The notes below the pieces were generated by a model. It was given only the letters and a program-made list of their open reading frames with translations, had not been told where the DNA came from and did not search any database. DNA of 63,338 nt, the filler included, from Pirum gemmata (lineage: Eukaryota), in assembly GCA_002812295.1 (NCBI GenBank). It is 26 parts of 26 records of this genome, joined end to end, with 100 filler letters (N's around TTAATTAATTAA, not from the genome) between each part and the next. Parts side by side here need not be neighbours in the genome. Positions count along the whole stretch, not along the records: positions 11,109 to 13,235 come from PDIN01007994.1; positions 13,336 to 15,523 come from PDIN01007995.1; positions 15,624 to 17,762 come from PDIN01007996.1; positions 17,863 to 20,002 come from PDIN01007997.1; positions 20,103 to 22,270 come from PDIN01007998.1; positions 22,371 to 24,557 come from PDIN01007999.1; 20 more parts are not named here. One strand, written 5' to 3'. Position numbers and translations under genes: made by a program. Shown piece after piece: positions 11,171-23,900 of the stretch; position 1 is the stretch's first letter; the number at the start of each line of letters is the position of its first letter.

Positions 11171-12446
11171 AATTCGATAAATGTATTTTTGAAGATGGCA
11201 AAGCACATCATGGTGGTTTTATCGGTATCACTTTCTTCTAACTATTACATTACATTATTATCTTTACTCATTGATTATATTAATAAGTAATAAATGGTAG
11301 GAGTCAGTAGTAGTGGTGGTGGTAGTAGTAGAAGTTGCGGAGGTGTTAGTAATACTAATAATAATTGTGGTAGGCGTAGTGGAATTGTAAATTATATATA
11401 ATAATATATGCATAACAATTACAATTAATAAGTAATAAGTTGTAGTAATAGTAGTAGTAGTAGCAGTTGTAGGAGCAGTTGCGGTGTTAGTAGGAGTAGT
11501 AATAGTTGTTGTAGTAGAGGTAATGATAATGTAGATTATATATAATAATATATGGATAACAATTAACAATTAATAATTTATAATTTATAATTAATAAGTA
11601 ATATGTAGTAGTTGTAGTAGTAGTAGTAGCAGTGGTAGTAGGAGCTGTAGTGGTGTTAGGGGAAGTAATAGTAGGAGTAGTAGGAGTAGTAATATTGTAG
11701 ATTATATATAATAATATATGTATAAAAATTAATAATTAATAATTAATAATTTACAATTCAAAAGTAATATTTAGAAGTAGTAATAACAGCAGTAGCAGAA
11801 GTAGTAATAGTAGTGGACGTGTTAGTAGTAATATTAGTTTTAGTAGACGTTGTGATATTGTAGATTATATATAAGAGTATATTGATAATAATTAATAATT
11901 AATAATTAATAATCAATAATTTAATACTATGATATGTAGTAGTAGTGTAGTAGTAAGTAATAGTAGTAGTAGTAGCAGTGGTAATAGTGGTTGTGTTGGT
12001 ATTAGTAATAGTAATATTCATTATAGTAGGAGTAGTGATGTTGTAGGTTATATATAGGAATATATAGATAACAATTAATAATTAATAATTTATAATTTAT
12101 AAATAGTAGTAGTAGTAGTAATAATATTAGTAATAATAGCAGTGGTAGTAGTGGTTGTGTTGGTATAAATAATATAATTTGGTATTAGTAATAGTAATAT
12201 TCATTATAGTAGGAGTAGTGATGTTGTAGGTTATATTTAGCAATATATAGATAACAATTAATAATTAATAATTTATAATTTATAAGTAGTAGTAGTAGTA
12301 GTAGTAATATTAGTAATAATAGCAGTGGTAGTAATGGTTTTGTTGGTATAAATAATAGTAATATTAATTATAGTAGGAGTAGTGATGTTGTAGATTATAT
12401 AGATAACAATTAATAATTTATAATTTATAAATTATAAGTAGTAGTA

Positions 12447-12483
<37 letters not shown>

Positions 12484-13057
12484 TGTGATGGTATTAGTTA
12501 TAGTAATGATAGTTGTACTAGTAGTAGTGATATTGTAGTAGTAATACGGTGGGTTTTTGGGTATCATACATAAATTAATTATACCATTCTATTTAACAAT
12601 TGACAATTCAAAATTAATATTTAATATTTAATATTTATTAACAATTGACAATTCATAATTAATATTTAATATTTAATATTTATTATGCAATTAATATGTA
12701 ATAAGTAAGAAGTAAATATAATAGTTTATATCAAATTAATAACCAAAGAATAATAAATAATAAATAATAACAAATAGTAAATAGAAAATAGATAATATAT
12801 AATAAATAATAGATATTAGATTAAACTAATTAACAAATTAACAAATTGCGTACCCCTAACACCAACCCAAACTCTAAATCCTAATGCTAACCCTAACACA
12901 AACATTCAGGAATCATTAACCAGAATCCAGTAAATTTCAATAATACTTACTATTTTCAAGATTGTGAATTTAATGGTGCTGTTGCAGAGTATCGGGGTGG
13001 AGCTATCTATTGTGTTAACCACTGTCCTATAACAGTAAAATCATCTTTTTTTACAAG
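11171..13057 (+). CDS. Two internal exons (11171-11224, 12910-13057) of a GGA[IL]-repeat, probable right-handed beta-helix (PMP/pectin-lyase-like) protein
   Basis: A phase-1 GT-AG intron 11225-12909 joins FDKCIFEDGKAHHGGFI-G-IINQNPVNFNNTYYFQDCEFNGAVAEYRGGAIYCVNHCPITVKSSFFT. This gives two F-x-x-C-x-F...A-x-x-GG-x-I repeats. Confidence 0.72.
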
Positions 13058-13203
13058 GTTAGTAGTAGTAATAGTAGTAGTAGTAGTAGTAGTAGTAGTA
13101 ATGGTAGTAGTAGTAGTAGTAACAGCAGTAGTAGTAAGAGATGTAGTTGTAGTAGTGGTAGTGGTGGTAGTAGTAGTAGTTGTAGTAGTTGTAGCAGAAG
13201 GAA

Positions 13204-13235
<32 letters not shown>

Positions 13236-13641
13236 NNNNNNNNNNNNNNNNNNNNNNNNNNNNNNNNNNNNNNNNNNNNTTAATTAATTAANNNNNNNNN
13301 NNNNNNNNNNNNNNNNNNNNNNNNNNNNNNNNNNNTATTATTAATAATATTATACATTAGGTTGTTATTATTAACTATTATTATTATTATTTTGTTAGTC
13401 TTGATACTATTACCACACTTTTAGATATTTAGATATTTTCTCGCCCCCTTTTTTTTGTTATTCAGTAGTATGTCGAGTTGAGGATAATAACAGTAGTATT
13501 AATGCTAATAACAATAGTGGTATTAGTATTAGTAATAAATATAGTGGTGGTAATTCTGTTGGCAATACTGTGGTAAAAACTGGTTGTTGTTGTAGTAGTA
13601 ATAGTGTCAGTAGTGCCAGAAGTGGTCTTAGTAGAATATTC

Positions 13642-13689
<48 letters not shown>

Positions 13690-13698
13690 ACACCTCAG

Positions 13699-14149
13699 GT
13701 AAAGAGTATGGGCAGTATACTGATATCGAAACTGGCAAAGAGCTTTTAGAAATCACCGTTAAAGAAAAGCGTGTTGTTTGTCATTTTTATCACAACAGCA
13801 TGCCTCGTTGTAAAATAATAGATAGGCATTTACAAGTACCTCTTTTTCAGTTTATTTTTTAGTTTTATTTACTGTTATTATTGCTATATCATTTAATTTT
13901 TAATCATTGGCTAATCTACTTTTATTATAATTATTGCCTAATCGTTACAACTAGTTTCCAGGAATTTTTTTAATTAAACAGTTTTTGTATTTATTCCACA
14001 GATAATTAGTGAAAAGTATTGTGAAACAAAGTTTATAAAATTCGATGTCACCAAATCTACCTTTTTAGCGACAAAGTTACATCTAAAAATTCTACCTGCG
14101 GTTCTTACTTTTGTGGATGGCATAAATACACATCGGTTTGGCTTTAAAT

Positions 14150-14186
<37 letters not shown>

Positions 14187-14408
14187 GATAACAATTTTTA
14201 AAACTTCTTTCTATACCATACCCACCAATACCAATTTCCACCTACTCAACCAACTTACTCCACCTACTTATACCCATTTGTACCCACATTTATTATGATG
14301 TAATTATACTCTATTTTGTCATTTTCCACAGTACACTCGGCTTTGAAGATCTAGGGAAAAAAGATGATTTTAAAACGTCTCAATTCATTTCACTTCTAGC
14401 TTCGTTCG
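13699..14408 (+). CDS. TXNDC9: Phosducin-like thioredoxin-fold protein (TXNDC9/PhLP3/Plp1), exons 13699-13835, 14002-14135, 14332-14408
   Basis: Spliced in frame it reads YGQYTDIE...RVVCHFYHNSMPRCKIIDRHLQIISEKYCETKFIKFDVTKSTFLATKLHLKILP...DG...GFEDLGKKDDF. VVCHFY, RCKIxDxHL and GFxDLGxxDDF are family motifs. All junctions are GT-AG. Confidence 0.9.
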
Positions 14409-14789
14409 GTAAATCTCATCTCTAATTTATATACCAACCTCTTTTATCGTATTGTATTCTGAAAATTATGTGTTTTGGTTTTTCGAAAACCATATAACTT
14501 TTTACATTATGGATGTTCTATGTTCGAATAGTTTTAAGTTTCATTTTCTTAGAAAGGCAATGTAAAACAGTGCAGACACAAAACCTAAACATCATATAAA
14601 TTTTAAAAGCATACAACCCCGTAATTAAATCAATGAAGGTATACCAAAAATAAGTATGGAAAAACCAAATATATGTATGAAAAAAAACATGAAACAATGA
14701 AGATTACCCGACCAAATTGTAATTTATCCATTTATCCATGACAACACGAAATCGGTACGTTCTATTTGCAATATGATAACTATACTAAC

Positions 14790-15350
14790 TCCTCTCTTTC
14801 TCAAATTCTTTTAAAAAGGTGTTTTAGGACAAGAAAAACCTTCCATAGTAAAAAGTATTGTAAAATCAAGCATGAATTATGACGATTTTGAAGATTAAGG
14901 TAGATTAAACTTTCTTTTTGAAGCAAAGAGAATAACTTACTTCGAAATATGAAAAGGGCTCTCCACACTCGTTTTAATTTTTGAAGAATCGAATAAATAA
15001 CAAACAACATACTCCTGTCTTTCACATATTCTTTTAGAAGGGTATTTTAAGGCAAGAAAACCTCGCCATAGTAAAAAGTATTTTAAAAGCAAACATGAAT
15101 TATGACGATTTTAAAGATTAAGGTAGATTAAACGTTTTTTTTTTGCAGCAAAGAGAATAACTTGATTCGAAATGTGAATTCGAAATGTGAAAAGGGCTCT
15201 CCATTGTAAAATCAAACATGAATTATGACGATTTTGAAGATTAAGGTGGATTAAACTTTTTTTTTTTACAAAGAGAGAATAACTTAATTCCAAATGTGAA
15301 AAGGGCTCCATATCCTTTTTGAGTTTTTGAAGAATTGAATAAATAACAAA
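14790..15350. repeat. Tandem repeat, about 230-bp unit, 2-3 partial copies
   Basis: catgaattatgacgattttgaagattaaggtagattaaac recurs at about 14871, 15095 and 15217. Confidence 0.88.
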
Positions 15351-15623
15351 CCGAAGTGGTGAATTGTCGTCTATAATTTTGTCTTAACAGAAAAATGTTA
15401 ATATGTTTTATTGGATTTTTTATCTAGCCTAATGAAAGGTAAACCAAAAAAAAAAAAGAAAATTGTACTTAAAATTTATTAGACCTGCCTACGTTTTTAT
15501 CAAAAGTGTGTGTATGTGTGTGGNNNNNNNNNNNNNNNNNNNNNNNNNNNNNNNNNNNNNNNNNNNNTTAATTAATTAANNNNNNNNNNNNNNNNNNNNN
15601 NNNNNNNNNNNNNNNNNNNNNNN

Positions 15624-15981
15624 TAGGGTTAGGATTAGGGTTAGGGTTAAGGTTAGGGTTAGGATTAGGGTTAGGATTAGAATTAGGGTTAGAATTAGGG
15701 TTAGGGTTAGTGTCAGGGTTAGAGTTAGGGCTAGGGCTAGGATTAGGGCTAGGGCTAGGGCTAGGGCTAGGGCTAGGGCTAGGGCTAGGGCTAGGGCTAG
15801 GGTTATGGTTAGGGTTAGGGTTAAGGTTAAGGTTAAGGTTAAGGTTAAGGTTAAGGTTAAGGTTAAGGTTAAGGTTAAGGTTAAGGTTAAGGTTAGGGTT
15901 AGGGTTAAGGTTAAGGTTAGGGTTAGCATTGGGTTAGGATTAGGATTAGGGTTATGATTAGGATTAGTTTAGTGTTAGGGT
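15624..15981. repeat. Telomere-like array (TTAGGG, CTAGGG, TTAAGG, TTAGGA variants)
   Basis: Seen directly; the variants occur in homogeneous blocks. Confidence 0.93.
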
Positions 15982-16184
15982 TACTAATGGAAACAAACCT
16001 GTAGTTATTCCGAACAGTCAAGGCAAATTTTTTCAAAGTTTCGCTTTGTAAATCGTACTTAGCTGAAAAATACAAAGACTCGTACATATGCATTACGAAT
16101 GAGCACTAAAATAAAATCAATTTCAATCAATTAATGCATGCAATCAGGGGTAGTGAAACAGTAAGAGAAGGAATAAAAACATAG

Positions 16185-16422
16185 GGAGATGCGGGAAAAT
16201 ATAATCGAATCAAACAGCTCGATCCTAATTATTAAATAATGACAATTTTGAAATGTTACTCTTTTTTTTTCGAGCTTCAAGTTTTTCTATGAAATTTCTA
16301 AGAATGTTTAAGAATTTTGTGAGAATTTTTTAATGAAAGCAAAGTTCACTACTTAAAAATTAGATCGAAAAATTCGAAAGTTTCAAACTAGTCTCGATTC
16401 GATGATTTTTGCCAGCATCTCA
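16185..16422. mobile_element. MITE family A copy
   Basis: GGAGATGCGGGAAAA...TTTTGCCAGCATCTCA, flanks TAG/CAG, opposite orientation to the 7523 copy. Confidence 0.87.
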
Positions 16423-16799
16423 CAGTGCTGCTTTGAGGTCGTTAAAACAGCTAATGGTTGACTTATGGTTATGAGAAACAAGTGATTGAAACTATTCATA
16501 ATAGCAGTATGTATTGGTACGACTATTATTATTATTATTATTACTATTATTATTATTATTATTACTATTATTATTATTATTATTATTAATACTACTACTA
16601 TTATTAATACTATTATTATTATTTTTATTTTTATTTTTATTACCATTACTATTATTAATACTATTACTATTATTACTATTATTATTATTATTACTATTAT
16701 TATTATTATTACTATTATTATTATTGTTATTATTATTATTATTACTATTACTATTATTAATACTATTACTTCTACTACTACTACTACTACTACTACTAC

Positions 16800-16837
<38 letters not shown>

Positions 16838-16941
16838 GATAGGGAGATCGAATTAACTAGATCGAACTAACTATGACCAAAATAAATGTGTTATATATAT
16901 ATATAACCAGATNCTACTACTACTACTACTACTACTACTAC

Positions 16942-16979
<38 letters not shown>

Positions 16980-17131
16980 GATAGGGAGATCGAATTAACT
17001 AGATCGAACTAACTATGACCAAAATAAATGTGTTATATATATATATAACCAGATTTGGGCCTTTCGGCCCTTGGTCTATATATATATACATATATATATC
17101 CCTGTATTTGTTGCCCATAGTGTAGTTGTTA

Positions 17132-17332
17132 GGAGATACAGGAAAACACAATCGAATCAAACATTATTAAATAGTGACAATTTTGAAATGATATTCTTTT
17201 TTTTTTTAGTTTCAAACTTTTTTCTATGAAATTTCTTTTTTAATGAAATCAAAAGTGAGTCAATACTTAAAATTAGATAAAATATTTCGAGTTTCGAACA
17301 AGCCTCGATTCGACAGTTTTTCCCGCATCTCC
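17132..17332. mobile_element. MITE family A copy
   Basis: GGAGATACAGGAAAA...TTTTCCCGCATCTCC, flanks TTA/TTG. Confidence 0.87.
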
Positions 17333-17613
17333 TTGTATATTTATTTCACGAAGTACTAATACATTTATTATTATTATTATTATTATTATTACTGAACTTT
17401 TAGAAAATACACTGCTATATTTGATTTTGGGGATTCTAAGAGGATTGGACTGGCTAATATTAAAAAATAAACTCTACGTCCTTTTTTTTTGCGTCCTACA
17501 AAAAAGGGAAAGAAAGAACGAAATCCTCGAAAAAATATTAAAAAATTGGTTTTTTAAAAAAAATAGTTTGAAAACTATAATAAAGTATACACAGTGAAAC
17601 TTCTTTTTCTTTC

Positions 17614-17655
<42 letters not shown>

Positions 17656-19969
17656 TTGTTTATTATTGTTATTATTATTGTTATTAGTTGTTATTATTAT
17701 TGTTGCCATTATTGTTACCATTATTATTGTTACCATTATTATTATTATTATTATTATTATTANNNNNNNNNNNNNNNNNNNNNNNNNNNNNNNNNNNNNN
17801 NNNNNNTTAATTAATTAANNNNNNNNNNNNNNNNNNNNNNNNNNNNNNNNNNNNNNNNNNNNATAATAATAATAATAATAATGCGGTACTAAGTCGATTC
17901 GGAAAATAATATTATATAGTAATAATAGTGTAATAATAGATATCATCGGTTATCATAGTAATAAATATAAAAGGGCTCACAATCGAATCGGAAAAAAAAG
18001 CAAATCTATAATAGCTGTAACACTAAAAGCTGTTTTGTGCAGCACCTAGCTAGCTAGCTAGCTAGCTAGAGTAGCGTGCAACCAGCACTGCAGCAGCACT
18101 TTCCTTTGAGTCTGTTTTCAACTGTCGATACATTTTAAAATTTAGAAAGTTATTTAGAACCACAAAGTCATAATAATATCAGTAATATATCAATCGGTTT
18201 ATAAATTTATAAATAGTTCGGTTTATAAATCATCAATGCCAGAGTACTAAACTAACTCTAGAAGTTATCAATATCATACCTACTAGCTAGAGACTGCCCC
18301 CCCACAAAAAAAATTGGGTCCTGAAAACGATAAATCCCGAAACATTTGCCTTTGGACCGGGCTGACACGGTCCACATGGACGGACGCAAAGTATTTCGGC
18401 AAGGGGATATCGGGCAAGAAACTTTTCGGACCCGGCATCACTAATTCTATAGTAATTCTATGATACCAGCAGCACTCACTGCTCAGCAATATCAATACTC
18501 TAGCTAGCTAGCTACAGCTAAGCTACTAGCTAGCTAGTAGTAGATATCAACTACCAGTATAACAATAATTATTGGTCTCAATAGCTAGACTCTTGTAGAT
18601 ATTGATTGATTTATTTATAGTTTACAAAAGAACCATCGAAATTCAAACTTTATTTAAAATAGCAAACTACAGCAGTACTGTAAGTATATAATATTATGAT
18701 TGTATATCAAATTTAGAGTATCAAATATGCTAGTTTAAAATAACATTATTTTATTTTTAATTTTATAGTATTATTATAGGGATATTATTTATTATAATTA
18801 TAATAATCTTTTTAAAATTTAAACGGTTATTAATAACACACGATAAAATATCAATTTTTTTTTCCAACGATAGGGCTTAGTTAGTGGTCACCTTCCAGAA
18901 ATTCTTAGCTAAGATATAATAATATTAAATATGATGGCTTCCAAGATAATGCAAAGCTTAGACTTAGACCGGGGGGTCTATACCAAATAATATTAATTAA
19001 AATGATTTGAATGAACGGGTGGTTATCGATGCTACTTTATTACTCAGTGCTTGGAGTTAAAATATATTATACATTATGATCATATTATATGATGCATAAT
19101 AGATTATATATTAATATATATATTAATAGTAAATTATATAGTAATTTAATTTTAATAATACATTATATTAATACTAATGAATATTATATATAATTAATAC
19201 ATAATTAGTATACTGTAATAATGCATTAAAAATTAAGTTGGCAGTTCAAAAGTGGTTATAGTACAGAACCCACAGATAAACGTACCAAATTATTATTATG
19301 GTCAAACTATCAGACATGTTTTAATTAATTTGGTATTTTATACTTAATGTTGTATTTTTTAAACAAGTTCAATTTTACACTTAAACAGTACCAAATAAAA
19401 AATTGGGAGGACAACTGTAATGAAACAGACCGGTCAAATATAGGTTCAAATACCCCTTACCTACCTACCCCTCGAAGTTAATTGCCGGTCAAATACCACC
19501 TACTTACCTACCCCTTGACGTGACGTATTATTTTAACGCTCCCTCCGGGACCCTCCCAAACCCAAAGTGGTATGCATAGCGCAAAGACTCTTTCTTCCTC
19601 ACATTTTTGAAGTGCAAGCTCTGAAGCTCACGCTAAACTAGTGTCTACTTTTAGTAACTGCTGCTACTTAGACTACTGCTATTTGCCAAAACAGGCTCCA
19701 TAGATTTTCATTTTCCAAATAAATGTTTTATCTAGAATGTTTTATGTACTTCGGTACCTGTAGATATCTGTAACCTATTTTTAAATTTTCACCATCCAGT
19801 ACCGAATCATAAGCAAAAGAAATCGGAATTGTGAGAAACATTGGTGATTTCATTTTTTTTTAAAAATCCAATAATCGATTGCATTCTGGTATTTTGCGCC
19901 AGGAAGTGGCAGGAACCATTTGGAAAGTCGATAAATATGTGGACAATGTGTGGATGACAATCAGAATCA

Positions 19970-20001
<32 letters not shown>

Positions 20002-20152
20002 TNNNNNNNNNNNNNNNNNNNNNNNNNNNNNNNNNNNNNNNNNNNNTTAATTAATTAANNNNNNNNNNNNNNNNNNNNNNNNNNNNNNNNNNNNNNNNNN
20101 NNTATTATTATTATTATTATTATCTTACGATTATATATTATTATTTGTATAG

Positions 20153-22216
20153 AATTCTTGCTTTCCAAACAATGCCTTTGTACACTCGCTATCTTTACTG
20201 GAAACCCAATGAACAAAAAATCAAAGTCATCAATAAATGTGCAAGAAAATATCGGTCACCATTGAAACCAATGGCTAACACTACTTCAGCTAAAAAAGTT
20301 GATGAATTCTTGTTGAATGTAAAGAGAGAAGATTGGCTACAGGAACTCAGCGGTAGTGAGAAACTTCAATTAAATATGATGAAAAGCTGGTTCATGGCCC
20401 CCTTCTCTGATAATAGTCAACGTGCTAGAATATTTAAAACTGGCCATGACAACGAAGGTAAATTAGCCAAAACGGTTTTCCTTACTTTTCAATCTGAAAA
20501 AAACCAGTTTGAACACCCGATTGAAGTGGTCAACTTAAAACAATGTGGTTTACTTTCAATACGAGATACAAGCATTGGAGCATCGTTAGATGGTATTGGT
20601 GTTCTAAATCAACTTGGGGGTTTGTTCATGTTTGCCTTGGAGTTTAAAACGCGCGTTTACATGAAAACGGTTAGCGCAGATGAGGTAAGAGATAAATATG
20701 GAACATTTGTTGAAATCAATTTGTCTCTTGATGATTTAGCTAGTATAAAAGGTCTTGAAAATGTTATTCCTTGTAAAGCACATCGTATTCAGCTGTTGCA
20801 CCATATTATTGTAATAGACGCTCGTAAAGGATTGCTTGTCTACGGTGAAAATGGTGGTAAAATTATTAGAGCTGTGTTGGTGACTGTTACTAGTGATTTC
20901 GTCCAAGCATATGTAAATAACATGAAATCATTAATTAAAAACAATATACCTTGGTTATCTAAAGATATGAAGTCTACAGAATTCACAGACTTTATTGATT
21001 TCATTGAACCCCACTTAGGAACTAAAGGCTTAAAACAGATTCCCAATACCGATGTTCTGAAAGAGTGCTTCAAAATTTGCGATTGTTTAGCGCAGCATCC
21101 TGTTGATGTTGCCTTTGCTTATGCTTTTAAATTTTCTTCCGTTTTGTTTTACAATTTAACGATGGGTGGTGAAGATGCTCTATAGCAGGGGCATATTTAC
21201 TTACAGTCCTAAAAGATTATATTGTGACAGGTGCAAGAATCAAAATTTAAACGTAGCCGTTTGCAAATTTTGCCAGCGAAAATATTGTTTTGATAATGTC
21301 AACACAAGAGGTAAATTAGCCCACAAAAATTTAAGACAACTGCTTCATCCAGGCTTCTGTTAGAGTATGTTCAATTCGGGTTGAAAAATTGTTTTGTGCT
21401 GTTTACCTTAAGTTTGTTCTCATTTAGTGACATCGAAAAATTGAAAACGATTCAACAGTTTCGTAAGGCTCGGGCCCATAAGCTACCTGGTGGGTATAAA
21501 ACTTATCTTTGTGGTCTTCGTTATGGTTTTCAAGAAATCCATTGTCCTCAAGGTATTGTTAATCTAAACCCCGAAGAAGACTTTTCCGATTATTCCTATT
21601 TTTCAACTGACGATGACATAACTATTGTTCCACGTAATACAAGGAGTGAACCAAACAAAGAATATGGCCTACATATAGCTCTTTCTCAATCATCTCCCGT
21701 TAAAAGACAATCAAAGCTTTATACAGAAAGTGAATTGAAACAACAAAGAGCTAAAGTATGCACTGGTTTCCCGTCTTTTGAGTACGAGAAAGGATTTAAT
21801 AGCAAGGGCATATTAACTTACAGTCCTAAAAGATTGTATTGTGACAGGTGCAAGAATCAAAATTTAAACGTAGCCGTTTGCAAAATTTGCCAGCGAAAAT
21901 ATTGTTTTGNAACACAAGAGGTAAATTAGCTCACCCCGACGACAAAGCGGGTGATAAGGTACTAAATAAATCGAAAAAAAATAATAACGGAAACACAGAA
22001 GCTGACAAAGAAAATGTCAATGCTAAGCATACTACAATCAAGGTTGACTACCGAAATCCCTTTCAAGCGTGCATTGACAATCCTGATGTGCATTATAAAA
22101 TAAATTGCTTCATGTTGCAACATGGTGACAATACTAAAGGCGGCGCAATATCTAATGTGATCAAAGCTAGGAATCGAGAGGAAGAAAAAGGGAAATGTAA
22201 TGATAAGGATACTTAG
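20153..22216 (+). mobile_element. Disrupted piggyBac-like transposase gene with an internal YqaJ/lambda-exonuclease (PD-(D/E)xK) domain; 5' part off-contig
   Basis: YqaJ motifs GHDNE, CGLL, GASLDG, LEFKT and QLLHH, then YNLTMGGED (piggyBac YNxxxGGVD-like). Next come RLLLEYVQFGLKNCFVLF and a C-terminal CxxC..CxxC..C...CFxxxH domain. Probable acceptor TTGTATAG|A at 20152. Interrupted by a duplicated segment at 21182-21324 and an N at 21910. Confidence 0.72.
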
Positions 22217-22604
22217 ATTATAATTTTTATAAGTAATGATTCTAATAAAATTTAAGTCATTTATACTGTTNNNNNNNNNNNNNNNNNNNNNNNNNNNNNN
22301 NNNNNNNNNNNNNNTTAATTAATTAANNNNNNNNNNNNNNNNNNNNNNNNNNNNNNNNNNNNNNNNNNNNATTATTTATTATTTATTATATATTGTTTAT
22401 TATTTATTATATAGTATATAGTATAAATTGATATAAGAATGATAAATAAATAATACATGATATATAATATATAATACATGATACAACAATAATCACAGAT
22501 TTTAATTAATAACATGGGCGAAAAAAAACAAATAATACAGGGAGATAAGGGAAAATTATAAAAACTACTTTTTTTTTTCGAATCAATCTAGAGAGAGTAA
22601 CTAG

Positions 22605-22831
22605 GGAGACGTGGGAAAAACCATCGAATCGAGACTAGTTCGAAACTTTCGAAATTTTCGATCTTATTTTAAGTATTAACTCACTTTTGATTTCATTGCA
22701 AAATCTAAGATTTCTTAGAAATTTCATAGAAAAAACTTGAAACTCGAAAAAAAAGAATATCATTTCAAAATTGTCACTATTAAATAATTAGGATCGAGCT
22801 ATTTGATTCGATTATGTTTTCCCGCATCTCC
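22605..22831. mobile_element. MITE family A, full-length copy (227 bp)
   Basis: GGAGACGTGGGAAAA...TTTTCCCGCATCTCC with TSD TAG/TAG. Confidence 0.9.
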
Positions 22832-22841
22832 TAGGCTAGAC

Positions 22842-23006
22842 CAGCTAGAAAAAACTGAAAGCTTTAAAAAAAAGGCTATCCTAATTATAAAAAGCAGATA
22901 TCTAGTTGCCTATCTACATAGAGTTAGAAGTAGAAAATCTTGATCTAGATTTAGAAAAAAAACATGAAAAACTAATATCACCAAATTTCTAGCTTTTTCT
23001 AGCTAC
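22842..23006. mobile_element. Repeat family B (short inverted ends), between two family A MITEs
   Basis: AGCTAGAAAAA...TTTTTCTAGCT. Its internal sequence matches two tandem copies at 59801-60145. Confidence 0.6.
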
Positions 23007-23012
23007 TGCCAG

Positions 23013-23242
23013 GGAGATGCGGGAAAAAACCATCGAATCGAGACTAGTTCGAAATTTTCAAAAATTTTCGATCTACTTTAAGTATTGACTCACTTTTGAT
23101 TTCATTAAAAAACTTTAAATTCTTTTAGAAATTTCATAGAAAAACTTGAAACTCGAAAAAAAAAAAAATATCATTTCAAAATTGTCACTATTTAATAATT
23201 AGGATCGAGCTATTTGATTCGATTATGTTTTCCCGTATCTTA
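23013..23242. mobile_element. MITE family A copy
   Basis: CAG|GGAGATGCGGGAAAA...TTTTCCCGTATCT with an eroded right end. Confidence 0.87.
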
Positions 23243-23855
23243 AAGCAAAATTTTTTTAAAAAAAACTACTAATAAAAACAATAAATGGATAATAGTAAAT
23301 AATAAATAATAAATAATAAAATAAACAACAGATAACAAATAAAAAATACATACTAAAGTATATACAGTAAAAGATAAATAATAAATTAGAATAACAAAAT
23401 TATACAAAAGCAAATAATAAAAAATTAAGAAAAACAATACATGTATAATAATAAATAAAACAATTAATAAAATAAAAGCAATAACAGGGTACCAAATAAA
23501 AAATAAATAAAACATAAAATAAAACAAACTATAAACGAAAAATCAATAAAACAATTTATAAAATCAAAAACAATAACAAGTACCAAATAAAAAATAAATA
23601 AAGCGTAAAATAAAATATCTATAAACGAAAAATCATGAAAATAGAATTATAAATGTTTAGAAAATTTAAACTAATATTAAATGAACAATACTAAATAAAA
23701 CAATCATTAATAAAACAACAATAACAACAAATACCAAGGTAGCTATTTAGGACTTTACACATGCCTTGGTCAACAGTTAACAAATTAGATGCTAAACCAG
23801 TACATTGCTCAAAACTTTGCCCTATCTAATTATAAATAATGATAATAATAATAAC

Positions 23856-23900
<45 letters not shown>

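Noticed and set aside
15624..15981. True chromosome telomere
   Set aside because: The array is degenerate, its G-strand points into the contig, and similar arrays are clearly intronic elsewhere. Contigs simply break at such repeats.
16775..17053. Direct duplication around the single N at 16913
   Set aside because: Identical copies flank an N, which is typical of an unmerged scaffold overlap.
17057..17080. GGGCC-TTTC-GGCCC hairpin as a Helitron 3' end or terminator (similar motif near 48005)
   Set aside because: There is no clear CTRR terminus at the expected distance and no matching 5' end, so support is too thin.
15576..17818. Poly-L/I/T/V, LT- and LG-repeat ORFs here and at 1533-1951, 10191-10505, 38778-39365, 52530-53163, 57484-58449 and 60430-61908
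   Set aside because: They are translations of microsatellites, with no complex coding sequence or splice support.
18283..18495. GC-rich island ORF
   Set aside because: No recognisable protein or splice sites. It is more likely a TE fragment, but the ends are too degenerate to call.
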